Source of the DNA: Elusimicrobiota bacterium
GTDB lineage: Bacteria; Elusimicrobiota; Elusimicrobia; Elusimicrobiales; UBA9959
Reading direction: 5' to 3'
Length of the DNA: 44,710 nt
NCBI GenBank assembly: GCA_036574205.1
Contig: JAINCQ010000002.1
Span: 1 to 44,710, forward strand
The translations under genes were made by a program, and so were the position numbers. How positions within the stretch are numbered: position 1 is the first letter of the stretch; each line of letters starts with the position of its first letter. Under the pieces are notes generated by a model. That model was not told where the DNA came from. It ran no database searches and worked only from the letters and a program-made list of their open reading frames with translations. Positions 18,179 through 27,858 of this stretch are shown here, piece by piece.

Positions 18179-21100
18179 TTAATACTCAATAATTTTTTTA
18201 GTATCAAAATAATAAATATAACATTTAACCTGTTTGCCTTTATAATAACCTGAAACAATTTTTTTATAAATATCCATCTGCCGGGAATAATCTTTTTCCA
18301 GACCTGTTTTATAATCTACAATATAGACACAATCATCATCTATGACCAGTCTATCCACTCTAAATATAGATGAGTTATATATAAACTCAAACTCGTTTTT
18401 AATTTTTCTATTAGTTTTATAAACAAACAAATCCCTCATTTTCTCAATAGCTGAATATATATCTTTTTTTATCTCCTCTAATTTTATATCATTAATTGAA
18501 AGACCATAAAAATCTGCAGATTTTTTTATGTAATCAGTCAATTTATCATCCGGTATATATTCTATCATTGACATAACCATATGATATATCTTACCTATAA
18601 GACTTTCATAGCTTTCTTTTTCATCACGGATGAAGTTGTAAGCGGAAAGATGCTTTGAATGAGAAAACTCTGAAAGAGAAACCTCAGCATCAGTTTTAAC
18701 CTGATCATATTTCTTACCATACTCACCTAAAAAATCCTTATCAAATATATTCCTAAGCCAGTCATTCTCCTTTTTATTTCCATTTTTAGGTTCCTTTTTA
18801 GGAAGAACTATATTATAAAGTTCTTTTTTTGCTCTTGTTAAAGCCACATATAAAACATTCAATTTTGCAATATACTCTTCTTTCTCTATATTAAAATATA
18901 TGTCTTTTAGCTTCTTAATTTTTTCATTATCAACAGTAAATCTAAGCCAATCTTTATTTATGGCAAGAATATGTATGTTTTCACCTTCAATAAAATACTT
19001 GATGTTTGGGATCCTAACATTAAAATGATTGTTTTCAAATATATTTATGACAACATCAAAACCAAGGCCTTTTGCCTTGTGAAAAGTCATAACCTTAACA
19101 GCAACCACATCAGTTGGAATATTAACCGCAAAATAATCGCTATTTTTCTCATCATCAAAATATTTACAAAGCGATGTGATGTCGCAGACGTTTTCATTTA
19201 AGGTTAATTGATTAACTATATCAAAAAATTTTATAAAGAAAGCGGACTCTTGAGGAAAGTTCTCATAAACTAAAAACTTAGAAAAAAACAAATTTAGCAG
19301 TTCATAAACACTAAGATAACCAGACTTAGCAAAAATCTCATCAAAATATTTGTTCCATATTTCAGGATACTCTTTCCTGAAATCAACATAAATAAACTCT
19401 TTCTCTTTATTTTTATAAATAAAATCGCTAAAATCTATTCTTTTTTTAAAATCTTTTTCAATTGTTTTTTTAACTATATCACCAAGCAAAAAAACTGAAA
19501 AATTAAAATTATCATGATTATTTATGAACTTAAGGAAAGAAAGTATTTCATTTATTGTTTTCCTTTTTCTTATATCAAGTGAACTAAATGAAGCTGAGTT
19601 AATACCAATTTCATAAAGCCACTTAACAACCTCTTCCACATCATCATTTCTTGGTACAAGAACTGCAATTGAATCAAGATTAAACCTCTGAGAAACATCC
19701 TTTATAATATTTAAAAATTCTTCTTTAAGTTTTTCCCTATCTTCAACCATTATACTTTTAACATATCCCTCATCATTATTATCTGCACTCTTTTGCCCCT
19801 TATTAAAAATCTCAATGTAATCCTTCAACCCCTCTAAATTTTCCCCAAAAGGATTGGAAGAAGCAATTGATTCAAAAAATTTGTTCACATATTCTACTAT
19901 CTTTTTTTTGCTACGATAATTTTTTTCAAGATTAAAATGTTCAATCCCATTTCTTAAACTATCAGTATTCAAATAAACAGATTTATTATCATCAAGAAAA
20001 CTCTTCATTATCTTATAATCTGCGTTTCTAAACATATATATAGCCTGTTTAACATCCCCTATCAAAAAGCAACTTCCACCTGTTGCTATAGACTCTTCAA
20101 TTAATGGTCTTAATATCTCCCATTGAGATAGGCTTGTATCCTGAAATTCATCTATTAAGAAATGTTTTAAATGAGATGATAATTTAAAATAAATTTCTGG
20201 AACGCTTAAATTTTTTATCTCCCTGCTTAGTTCAGCAGTTATTCTGGATAATACAATTTTTTTCTGTTTTTTATAATGATTATCATAGAATTCTTTAAAC
20301 TTAAGATAGAACTCAGAATATTTACTGTATTTTATAAAAGCTTTGTGATAATAATAATCGCAGACATTTAAAACCAATGTCTTAAGTTCATCTTTGAAGG
20401 AATTTTGAGTTTCTTTAGGTAGAGCATTAAATTTCTTATCAAAACCCTTATTTTTATTATATAAAAAAGCTTCTTCATTTATACCATCTATAAATTTAAT
20501 ATCATTGTTTTCAAGCAACTTAAAAGAGTTTTTAAACTCGCCAATATTATAATCACAAAGGGCTTTGCTTTGCCTAATTATCTCTTCTTCAAGCTTTTTA
20601 AAATCCTGCAATGAGATTTTACTACTACAAACCACCTTAGCCAGGTATTTGTTTTCTTTATCGTTTATTTCACTAAACATCTCAACAAGCTTTTTAAATG
20701 GATCATAAACATAATTTGTTTCAACTGCATTTATATTTTCAAGAAAATCATCTATATATTTTCTATCTGATTCATCCCCTCTTTCAAGATAATCTGTAAG
20801 AGATTTTTTTATACCTTTTTCTGTATCAAAAACTATTTCAAAATCATAAGGAATTCTTAATTCATTAAGACTTACACTTAAAATTTTTACTATAAAGCTA
20901 TCAATAGTTTCAACATAAAAATTATAGTAGTTGTCAAATATCTTATTCAAAAGCCTATCTGCTTTTTCAACTATCATTTTTTCATAATTTACATCTATCC
21001 CAAGCAGGTTTTTTATGAAATCATCTCTTTTATTTTTATCCTTAACTATACGCTTAATTAAACTTATTATCTCTTGCCTCATTTCTTTTGTAGCATTTTC

Positions 21101-21277
21101 GGTAAAGGTTATAGCAAGAATATTGGATATATCGTTATTATTAATCCTTTTAGAAAGCAAAAATTGAACATATCTTGAAACTAAGTTATATGTTTTTCCA
21201 GATCCAGCCGAAGAGCTCAATATAACAACATCAGGAAAAATTAACTCATCATCCTTTACTGGAAATTTATTTCCCAT
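18179..21277 (-). CDS. addA: AddA-like UvrD-family helicase/nuclease
   Basis: SSAGSGKT, ILAITFT, LIDEFQDTS, GDVKQAIYMFR, NYRS, MTFHKAKGLGF, YVALTRA, C-terminal DRL..IVDYKTG. Confidence 0.92.
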   Translation of the reverse strand: MGNKFPVKDDELIFPDVVILSSSAGSGKTYNLVSRYVQFLLSKRINNNDISNILAITFTENATKEMRQEIISLIKRIVKDKNKRDDFIKNLLGIDVNYEKMIVEKADRLLNKIFDNYYNFYVETIDSFIVKILSVSLNELRIPYDFEIVFDTEKGIKKSLTDYLERGDESDRKYIDDFLENINAVETNYVYDPFKKLVEMFSEINDKENKYLAKVVCSSKISLQDFKKLEEEIIRQSKALCDYNIGEFKNSFKLLENNDIKFIDGINEEAFLYNKNKGFDKKFNALPKETQNSFKDELKTLVLNVCDYYYHKAFIKYSKYSEFYLKFKEFYDNHYKKQKKIVLSRITAELSREIKNLSVPEIYFKLSSHLKHFLIDEFQDTSLSQWEILRPLIEESIATGGSCFLIGDVKQAIYMFRNADYKIMKSFLDDNKSVYLNTDSLRNGIEHFNLEKNYRSKKKIVEYVNKFFESIASSNPFGENLEGLKDYIEIFNKGQKSADNNDEGYVKSIMVEDREKLKEEFLNIIKDVSQRFNLDSIAVLVPRNDDVEEVVKWLYEIGINSASFSSLDIRKRKTINEILSFLKFINNHDNFNFSVFLLGDIVKKTIEKDFKKRIDFSDFIYKNKEKEFIYVDFRKEYPEIWNKYFDEIFAKSGYLSVYELLNLFFSKFLVYENFPQESAFFIKFFDIVNQLTLNENVCDITSLCKYFDDEKNSDYFAVNIPTDVVAVKVMTFHKAKGLGFDVVINIFENNHFNVRIPNIKYFIEGENIHILAINKDWLRFTVDNEKIKKLKDIYFNIEKEEYIAKLNVLYVALTRAKKELYNIVLPKKEPKNGNKKENDWLRNIFDKDFLGEYGKKYDQVKTDAEVSLSEFSHSKHLSAYNFIRDEKESYESLIGKIYHMVMSMIEYIPDDKLTDYIKKSADFYGLSINDIKLEEIKKDIYSAIEKMRDLFVYKTNRKIKNEFEFIYNSSIFRVDRLVIDDDCVYIVDYKTGLEKDYSRQMDIYKKIVSGYYKGKQVKCYIYYFDTKKIIEY

Positions 21278-21327
21278 AGTTATATTATAATAAACCCTTA
21301 AAGCATTAAAAAGGTATAATATTAATT

Positions 21328-22008
21328 ATGGAAATTAAAAACATTTTTTTTGATTATGGCGGAACAATAGATTCTGATGGAATACACTGGAGAGAGAGAT
21401 TTTACAAACTTTATCTTAAAGCTGGCATAAAGATAGACTACGATGAGTTTTCAAAGGCTTTTTTTGATTCAGATGACAATCTTGCAAAAAGGCACAACTT
21501 AAAAAAAACAGGATTTAAAGAAACTATATCCTATCAGGTCAATGATGTTTTTAGATATCTTAAAATAAAAGATTCAAAGAAGAAAAAAGAAATAATAGAG
21601 AATTTTATTGAAGATTCAATAGAAAAAATTAATAGCAATAAAAAAATATTTGAAACCCTTTTGGATAAGGGCATCAAACTTGGGATTATATCAAACTTTT
21701 ATGGCAATCTTAATAATGTTTTAAAGTCTCTGGGGATACTTAATTATTTTAGCTTTGTGGCTGATTCAGGCAAAATAGGGGTTATAAAACCTGATAAAGC
21801 AATATTTATTGCAGCTTTAAAAGGACTAAATGCAGAAATAGAAGACTCCGCTATGGTTGGTGATGCTTTGCATAGAGATATAAAAGGCGCGCATAATATA
21901 GGAATGCGACATTTCTATCTTACATCAAAAAAAGGCGAAGAAATAAAAAAATGTTGTAAAAAAATGTTTGTCATAGGAAAACTCAAGGATATATTAAACT
22001 ATGTCTAA
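21328..22008 (+). CDS. HAD-superfamily hydrolase
   Basis: FFDYGGTID, IISNFYGN, KPDKAIF, MVGDALHRDI. Confidence 0.9.
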   Translation: MEIKNIFFDYGGTIDSDGIHWRERFYKLYLKAGIKIDYDEFSKAFFDSDDNLAKRHNLKKTGFKETISYQVNDVFRYLKIKDSKKKKEIIENFIEDSIEKINSNKKIFETLLDKGIKLGIISNFYGNLNNVLKSLGILNYFSFVADSGKIGVIKPDKAIFIAALKGLNAEIEDSAMVGDALHRDIKGAHNIGMRHFYLTSKKGEEIKKCCKKMFVIGKLKDILNYV

Positions 22009-22696
22009 TATAAATGCAGGCATATTTGCTGCTGGAAAAGGCGAAAGACTAAAAAAACATTTTCCACATACTCCAAAACCTCTTATAAAAGTTGGGAATA
22101 AAACTTTAATTGAATATGCTTATTATAACCTTTTATCTTTAAACCCATCTTCAATTGCCTTGCTATTAAATACTGAAACAGGCGAGCAAATTTTAGATTA
22201 TATAAATAAAATAGGATATAAACCGACTGCAATAATGATTGATTCAAAAACTTCATTTGAAAGTTTTTTTACCCTTGCTAATTTTTTAAAGGTTAAAGAT
22301 AAAGATGTGGTTTTATCAACTGTTGACACAATTACAAGATCAGGTGAAATAATTAATCTTGTAAAAAACCATAACAATACATCCGCTTATATAACCCTTG
22401 GAGTAACAAGGGTTATAAACGATGAAAAGCCACTTCTCGTAGATATAGATGAAAAAACTAAGAGGATAAAATCAATAGGTAAAACTGGTTATTATGCTAC
22501 AAATGGGATATATTGTCTTAGTTATAAGGCTATTAATAATATAAAGAATAATAGATACAAAGCTTTACGTGAATTTTTATCTCAGCTTGATTTTGAAAAA
22601 AATTTTATATCTTTTTATAATATAGAAGAAAGCTTGGATATAGATGATATCTCTGATATAAAGATAGCCGAATTTACCTTACAAGATAAACAATAA
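22001..22696 (+). CDS. Nucleotidyltransferase (NTP_transferase family)
   Basis: GIFAAGKGERL, PKPLIKV, LSTVDTI, DEKPL, DIDDISDI; overlaps the HAD gene by 8 bp. Confidence 0.85.
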   Translation: MSNINAGIFAAGKGERLKKHFPHTPKPLIKVGNKTLIEYAYYNLLSLNPSSIALLLNTETGEQILDYINKIGYKPTAIMIDSKTSFESFFTLANFLKVKDKDVVLSTVDTITRSGEIINLVKNHNNTSAYITLGVTRVINDEKPLLVDIDEKTKRIKSIGKTGYYATNGIYCLSYKAINNIKNNRYKALREFLSQLDFEKNFISFYNIEESLDIDDISDIKIAEFTLQDKQ

Positions 22697-23791
22697 TTAA
22701 AATAATTCAAGTGCTTTTGATATGGCAGTATCAGCATCAATAACATAGGTTAAACCCATCTTTTTATAGTTTTCATATCTAACAGAATAATCCGGTATAA
22801 CCCCCTCATCAAGGTCTTTGCCTGAAGAAGAATATATTTTTGCCACTGTTATCTTTGCCGCTGTTTCATTGCCAACTTTAAAAAGCTTTGTTATATACAC
22901 ATTCCCACCAGTTTTTTCACCAACTATCAAAGCCCCATTTTCTTTGAAACTTTGAGCCATAACCTCGCCCAAAAGGGCGGTGTTTCTATCTATTATCACA
23001 ACTAATTTAAAATCTGTAAAAATGTTCTCCTGCTCACCAAAACTTTTTGTATATCCCTCTTTAGAAGATTTTATAAAATAAGTCTTTTTATCTTTTGAAA
23101 AATAACCTATTATCTTAGCAACCTCTTCATAATCCCCTCCTGAAATATCCCTTAAATCAATTATAAGTTTTTTAATAGCTCTTTTTCTTAGATTCATAAT
23201 ATTATTTCTTATAAAAACCGAAGAATTTTTAGCAAAGGACAAAATATTAATATACGCAGTTTGAGAATCAATCACAACACTCCATACAAAAGGAAAAGCT
23301 GCTATCTCTTTTTTTACCTTCATTGAATAATCGGCGTTTCCATCGTTAAAAGAAATTGTTAATTCTTTTGAATTTTCAAGATTTTCTTCAAGTTTTTGCG
23401 GTTCAATGTCTTTCAGATTCATTTTATTTATAGAATTAAGCAAGCCTGGTTTTAGCCCGGCTTCATATGCTATCGTATAGTCAAAAACTTTCAATATGAT
23501 ATAACCGTCACCATATTTTTTTAGCACAAAAGGGTAAAAAAATTCCTTTGTCGGTTTATCTGCTTTACTTTTTCTTATTCTTTTGCCTTTCAAGGGAACA
23601 AATTCAAAGTTTTTATCAATTTTTTTTAAACCATCAACCCCATTTTCAAGAGCCTTTTTTATATCCTCCTCTTTATAATCATAATAGCTATGCTTCACAA
23701 AAGCAGTTATTAACTCTTTTTCATTATATATTCTCCTCTGACAGGAAAATAAAGAAAAAGAAACAAGCAAAGATATCAATAAAAATCTCAT
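22697..23791 (-). CDS. S41/CtpA-like lipoprotein, catalytic residues absent
   Basis: Lipobox LFSC, degenerate PDZ (AYEAGLKPG), AYINILSF, IIDLRDISGG, TALLGE, IVGEKTGGN, GVIPD. Confidence 0.8.
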   Translation of the reverse strand: MRFLLISLLVSFSLFSCQRRIYNEKELITAFVKHSYYDYKEEDIKKALENGVDGLKKIDKNFEFVPLKGKRIRKSKADKPTKEFFYPFVLKKYGDGYIILKVFDYTIAYEAGLKPGLLNSINKMNLKDIEPQKLEENLENSKELTISFNDGNADYSMKVKKEIAAFPFVWSVVIDSQTAYINILSFAKNSSVFIRNNIMNLRKRAIKKLIIDLRDISGGDYEEVAKIIGYFSKDKKTYFIKSSKEGYTKSFGEQENIFTDFKLVVIIDRNTALLGEVMAQSFKENGALIVGEKTGGNVYITKLFKVGNETAAKITVAKIYSSSGKDLDEGVIPDYSVRYENYKKMGLTYVIDADTAISKALELF

Positions 23792-23859
23792 ATCTAAAAT
23801 TATACAATAAATTTTATTGAAGTTTCTTGATTCAGTTCAGGTTTTGAAACGCCAAAAAT

Positions 23860-25164
23860 TCACACAAAATAGATATCTTGAGGGCAATTATCTGCGCCCG
23901 GCATAAGACACATTCCAGCATTTGGGTCTTCACAGCCAAGAATTTTTCCGCTATCAGGATCAAATATTTGCACCATTCCATCATCTCCGGTAACCCTTAT
24001 ATATCCATATTCATCAGTGGATACATTAGATATACCGGTTCCCAGATCTGGCTCTGTGGACGGTTGCGTAACAGTTTTTCCTTCTGGTGAAGTAGCCACA
24101 TTTGGGTTACTGGCATCAACTCTATAAGATCTTTGATCAATCTCATCTTCGCTTTGATCATTATTGCTAAAAAGGTTCAGATTAGGGTTGATTGTATTAA
24201 AATTCTGATCCTGCTCCTCAGCGGTTTTAAAATCCTGTTTAATTTTATCTATATCTATATCAAAATCCTTTCCTTTATCTTCCTCAGAAAGCCCCGGAAC
24301 ATCTGATGCTTTTAATGATCTCATACTCTCAGCATCAAGCGCTGGATCCTTTAAGAAAGCCGGAATAGAATTTGGATTAATTCTATCTAGCTTTGCTCTA
24401 AGTTTTTCATCATATTCAATTGTCTCTTTTATATCTGGAGTCAAATCAAAAGCCTTTGCCGTCCACGATCTTGCAGTATCGTTTGATGCATCTCTGGCAG
24501 CATAAAGGGTGGATTTGTAAGTGTTCTTAAGGAGCTCAATAGCAGATGTGGAGTTTTTCTCTCCTGGTTTTGCAACCAGAACTTTTTGATTTGTGGCAGA
24601 AACCCTAACACTGGCTTTTGATCCAGTTTCAAAAGAGGATAACGAAGTCTTTGATTGCTGGCTTGTCTCCATCCCGCTAATAGAAGAAAGAGAAGGATTT
24701 AATCTCTCAGTTGTAGTCCTGACAGAGCCATATCCCAAGGAATTAGAAGCTAAATAATCCCCTTCATAAGATTTTGCCAAACCTTCTTTTAAGCTTTTTT
24801 CTCCGCCAGCAGTATCTAAGTTCTCAGACAAAGCCAGATCAGGATTTAAAGAAGAATCTTTGCTTTTTGCTTCAACCACTTCTTCATCAGAAAATAAATA
24901 TTTTATCTTTTGAATAAAAGTAAGCCTTACTCCTTTATTATTAGAGTTAAGCTCGCTATATCTTTTTCCACCCACAAGTTTTAAAGCCTCATCGCTTAAC
25001 AAAAAATACGAACCTATTCCCACAACAAAAAGGAAAAAAAGTAAAAGCACAAGATTATACCTGAAAACCCTTTCAAATGAAAAATTTTCAAAACCAGAAA
25101 AAACATTTTGCTTCTTTTCCTCCTCTTCCTTTGTTGTGACATTTTCTTTTTTTTGTTCTTCCAT
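23860..25164 (-). CDS. Hypothetical single-pass membrane protein
   Basis: Long ORF with a GGAGG SD before ATG 25164, one TM (LVLLLFFLFVVGIGSYFLL), Ser-rich and acidic regions, and 3 Cys near the C-terminus. Confidence 0.75.
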   Translation of the reverse strand: MEEQKKENVTTKEEEEKKQNVFSGFENFSFERVFRYNLVLLLFFLFVVGIGSYFLLSDEALKLVGGKRYSELNSNNKGVRLTFIQKIKYLFSDEEVVEAKSKDSSLNPDLALSENLDTAGGEKSLKEGLAKSYEGDYLASNSLGYGSVRTTTERLNPSLSSISGMETSQQSKTSLSSFETGSKASVRVSATNQKVLVAKPGEKNSTSAIELLKNTYKSTLYAARDASNDTARSWTAKAFDLTPDIKETIEYDEKLRAKLDRINPNSIPAFLKDPALDAESMRSLKASDVPGLSEEDKGKDFDIDIDKIKQDFKTAEEQDQNFNTINPNLNLFSNNDQSEDEIDQRSYRVDASNPNVATSPEGKTVTQPSTEPDLGTGISNVSTDEYGYIRVTGDDGMVQIFDPDSGKILGCEDPNAGMCLMPGADNCPQDIYFV

Positions 25165-25207
25165 AAATCCTCCCACCGCATTAAAACAAGATAAAACAAA
25201 AAATTTT

Positions 25208-25277
25208 CCTCTACAAACGTCTTAAAACCTTGTAGAGGCTTCTTATTATGTTATAGCAGAAAATTTCTAAAAATCAA
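25208..25277 (-). promoter_or_regulatory. Sigma70-like promoter and 5'-UTR hairpin of the hypothetical gene
   Basis: TTGATT (25277-25272), 16-bp spacer ending in TGC, TATAAC (25255-25250). Perfect 9-bp IR CCTCTACAA/TTGTAGAGG at 25208-25238. Confidence 0.45.
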
Positions 25278-25407
25278 GTCCTTTTTTCAAATTACAAACT
25301 ACAGAGCAAGAGAATATCTGGGCAATTATTTTAATAATTAACAACAAAAACAAAAGTAAATACTAATTAATAAAAAAAGAGAGGGGAAAAATTAAATTTA
25401 GTAAAAT

Positions 25408-27858
25408 ATGGATATGATAAATGAGATAAAAAATTTAATGAAAGAAAAAATTTTAATATTTGATGGAGCTATGGGAACTGAGATAAACAAAAGATTTTAT
25501 AAAAATGATTTACTTCCAAACGATTTTCTAAATCTTTCAAATCCACAGTTAATTGAAACCATTCATCTTGATTATATAAAATCAGGCTGTGATTTTATTG
25601 AAACAAACACTTTTAACTCAAATCCAATATCACTTTCAGATTTTAACAAAGAGAACCAAACTGTTGAATTAAATAAAAAAGCAGTTGAGGTAGCAAAATC
25701 TGCTATTAAAAAATCAGGTAAAAAAGTTTTTATAGCGGGGTCATCTGGTCCCCTTAATATATCTCTTTCTCTTGGCTCAAAATATAGTTTTGATGAGGTA
25801 AAGAAAGCATATATAAAACAGGCAGAAGTTTTATTAAAGGAAGGAGTAGATCTGATAATCTTTGAGACAGCTCATGATATAATTAACCTCAAAGCAGCAA
25901 TAATAGGAGTTATTGAAATACTAAATAGATATGATAATCTTCCAGTAATTGCTTCTTTTACTTTAAATTCAAATCAATCGATTTTAAGCGGAGACGATAT
26001 AAAAGCAATTTATTCAAATCTTTCTCACTTTGATATAATTGCTATTGGGATAAACTGTTCAAGCGGACCTGATAATATGGAACTTGCTATAAAAAACTTA
26101 TCAGAGTGTTCTCATTTACCAACTCTAATTATGCCAAACGCCGGTTTCCCGGATGAAAACGGCAATTACAATTTATCTCCCGAAGATTTTACGCAAAAAA
26201 TAATAGAATATGCTCAAAATGGATACATAAATATTGCTGGAGGTTGTTGCGGCACAGGACCTCATCATATATCTGAGCTTTCAAAAAACCTTAAAAATAT
26301 AAAACCCAGAAAACTGAACAAAGAGAAGAAATTTGTTTTATCGCATAAAATCGCCATATTTGAAGATGAAATAGAAAAACCATATCTGGCTGCTGAAAGA
26401 TTAAATACCCTTGGAAGCAAAAAGTTTAAAAAATTAATAGAGGAAAATAATAAATCCGAAATAATTTCAATAACAAAGAAACAAATAGAAAAAGGCGCGC
26501 ATATTTTAGACATATCTTTTATAAATACTGAAAGGGTGGAGATTGATGATCTAAAAAATTTTCTTCCTGAAATATCAAAAAACTCTAAAATACCTTTGAT
26601 GATAGATTCAACTAATATCAATATCCATGAGGAAGCGGCAAAACTAACTGGTTCAAAACTCATAATAAACTCTGTAAATTTTGAAAACGGTGATGAGAAA
26701 CCCAAAAAAGCCATTGAATTAAGCAAAAAATACGGATCCATAATAGTCTGCGGACTTATAGATGAAAAAAAAGAAATGGCATTTAACTTTGAAAGAAAAA
26801 TGGAGATAGCTACAAGAGCATTTGATTTTTTTTCAAAGCACATCAGTAATAAATTTATTATCTTTGATCCACTTGTCTTCCCTATCGCAACCGTAGAATA
26901 TCCTCTTTCCGCTTATGATACACTTAAAGCAGTAAGCGAAATTAAAAAGAGATTTAATGTTAAAACGATACTTGGAATAAGCAATATTTCATATGGATTA
27001 AACTCACTTGCAAGAAAATACTTAAACTCTGTCTTCCTTTATCTTGCAATTAAAAATGGGCTCGATATAGCGATAATAAATATAGGCGAAAAGATTCCAT
27101 TTGCTTTGATTGACGAAGAGATAAGAGAGTTATGTATATCAATAATAAACGGAAATAAAGAAGATATTAAAAGATTGCTAACCTTAACACAGAACAAAGA
27201 GTTGGAAAAAGAAACCATAGAAAGCCTTACCATAGAAGAAAAATTAAAAAAATCAATAATGGAAGGTATTGGAGATATTGAATCAATATTAAAAGAATTA
27301 ATAAAAAAATACTCAGCCTCTGATATAATAAACCGCTTTATAATAGGCGGGATGAATGAAGTTGGAGAAAAGTTTTCCAGAGGAGAATATATAGTAACAG
27401 AGGTTTTATCATCAGCGGCAGTTGCTCAAAAAGCTATAGATTTTATAAAACCATATCTCAGTAAAGAAAATTTTAAAAGAGGAAAACTTTTAATTGCAAC
27501 TGTTAAAGGCGATGTACACGATATAGGTAAAAATCTGGTTTCAATCATATTTGAGTCAGCTGGATTTGAAATAATTGATCTTGGGACAAAGGTAGAACCT
27601 CAAATTATAGCTCAAAAAGCTTGTGAAATAAAACCTGATATAATAGGACTTTCAGGGCTTCTGTCAAAATCAGCTGAATATATGATTGAAACTGCAAAGA
27701 AACTAAAAGAAAATAACCTTAATATTCCACTTCTAATCGGTGGCGCTGCAATGAGTGAAAAATTTGTTAATCTAAAAATTATTCCTGTATATGAAAAAGC
27801 ATTTTATGCAAAAGATGCCATAGAGGGATTAAAAAAAGCAGGTGATTTACTAAAATGA
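25408..27858 (+). CDS. metH: B12-dependent methionine synthase: Hcy, pterin, cap and B12-binding domains (no activation domain)
   Basis: IFDGAMGT, ETNTF, GINCSSGP, PNAGFP, GGCCGT, ERLN..GSKKF, PLMIDS, GISNISYG, KGDVHDIGKN, GLSGLL, IGGA. True start may be ATG 25414. Confidence 0.93.
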   Translation: MDMINEIKNLMKEKILIFDGAMGTEINKRFYKNDLLPNDFLNLSNPQLIETIHLDYIKSGCDFIETNTFNSNPISLSDFNKENQTVELNKKAVEVAKSAIKKSGKKVFIAGSSGPLNISLSLGSKYSFDEVKKAYIKQAEVLLKEGVDLIIFETAHDIINLKAAIIGVIEILNRYDNLPVIASFTLNSNQSILSGDDIKAIYSNLSHFDIIAIGINCSSGPDNMELAIKNLSECSHLPTLIMPNAGFPDENGNYNLSPEDFTQKIIEYAQNGYINIAGGCCGTGPHHISELSKNLKNIKPRKLNKEKKFVLSHKIAIFEDEIEKPYLAAERLNTLGSKKFKKLIEENNKSEIISITKKQIEKGAHILDISFINTERVEIDDLKNFLPEISKNSKIPLMIDSTNINIHEEAAKLTGSKLIINSVNFENGDEKPKKAIELSKKYGSIIVCGLIDEKKEMAFNFERKMEIATRAFDFFSKHISNKFIIFDPLVFPIATVEYPLSAYDTLKAVSEIKKRFNVKTILGISNISYGLNSLARKYLNSVFLYLAIKNGLDIAIINIGEKIPFALIDEEIRELCISIINGNKEDIKRLLTLTQNKELEKETIESLTIEEKLKKSIMEGIGDIESILKELIKKYSASDIINRFIIGGMNEVGEKFSRGEYIVTEVLSSAAVAQKAIDFIKPYLSKENFKRGKLLIATVKGDVHDIGKNLVSIIFESAGFEIIDLGTKVEPQIIAQKACEIKPDIIGLSGLLSKSAEYMIETAKKLKENNLNIPLLIGGAAMSEKFVNLKIIPVYEKAFYAKDAIEGLKKAGDLLK

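Noticed and set aside
15363..21277. Helicase-nuclease pair as an anti-phage defence system
   Set aside because: The architecture matches housekeeping AddAB recombination-repair genes.
25280..25407. SAM or cobalamin riboswitch upstream of metH
   Set aside because: The region is A-rich with no recognisable S-box or B12-box core motifs.
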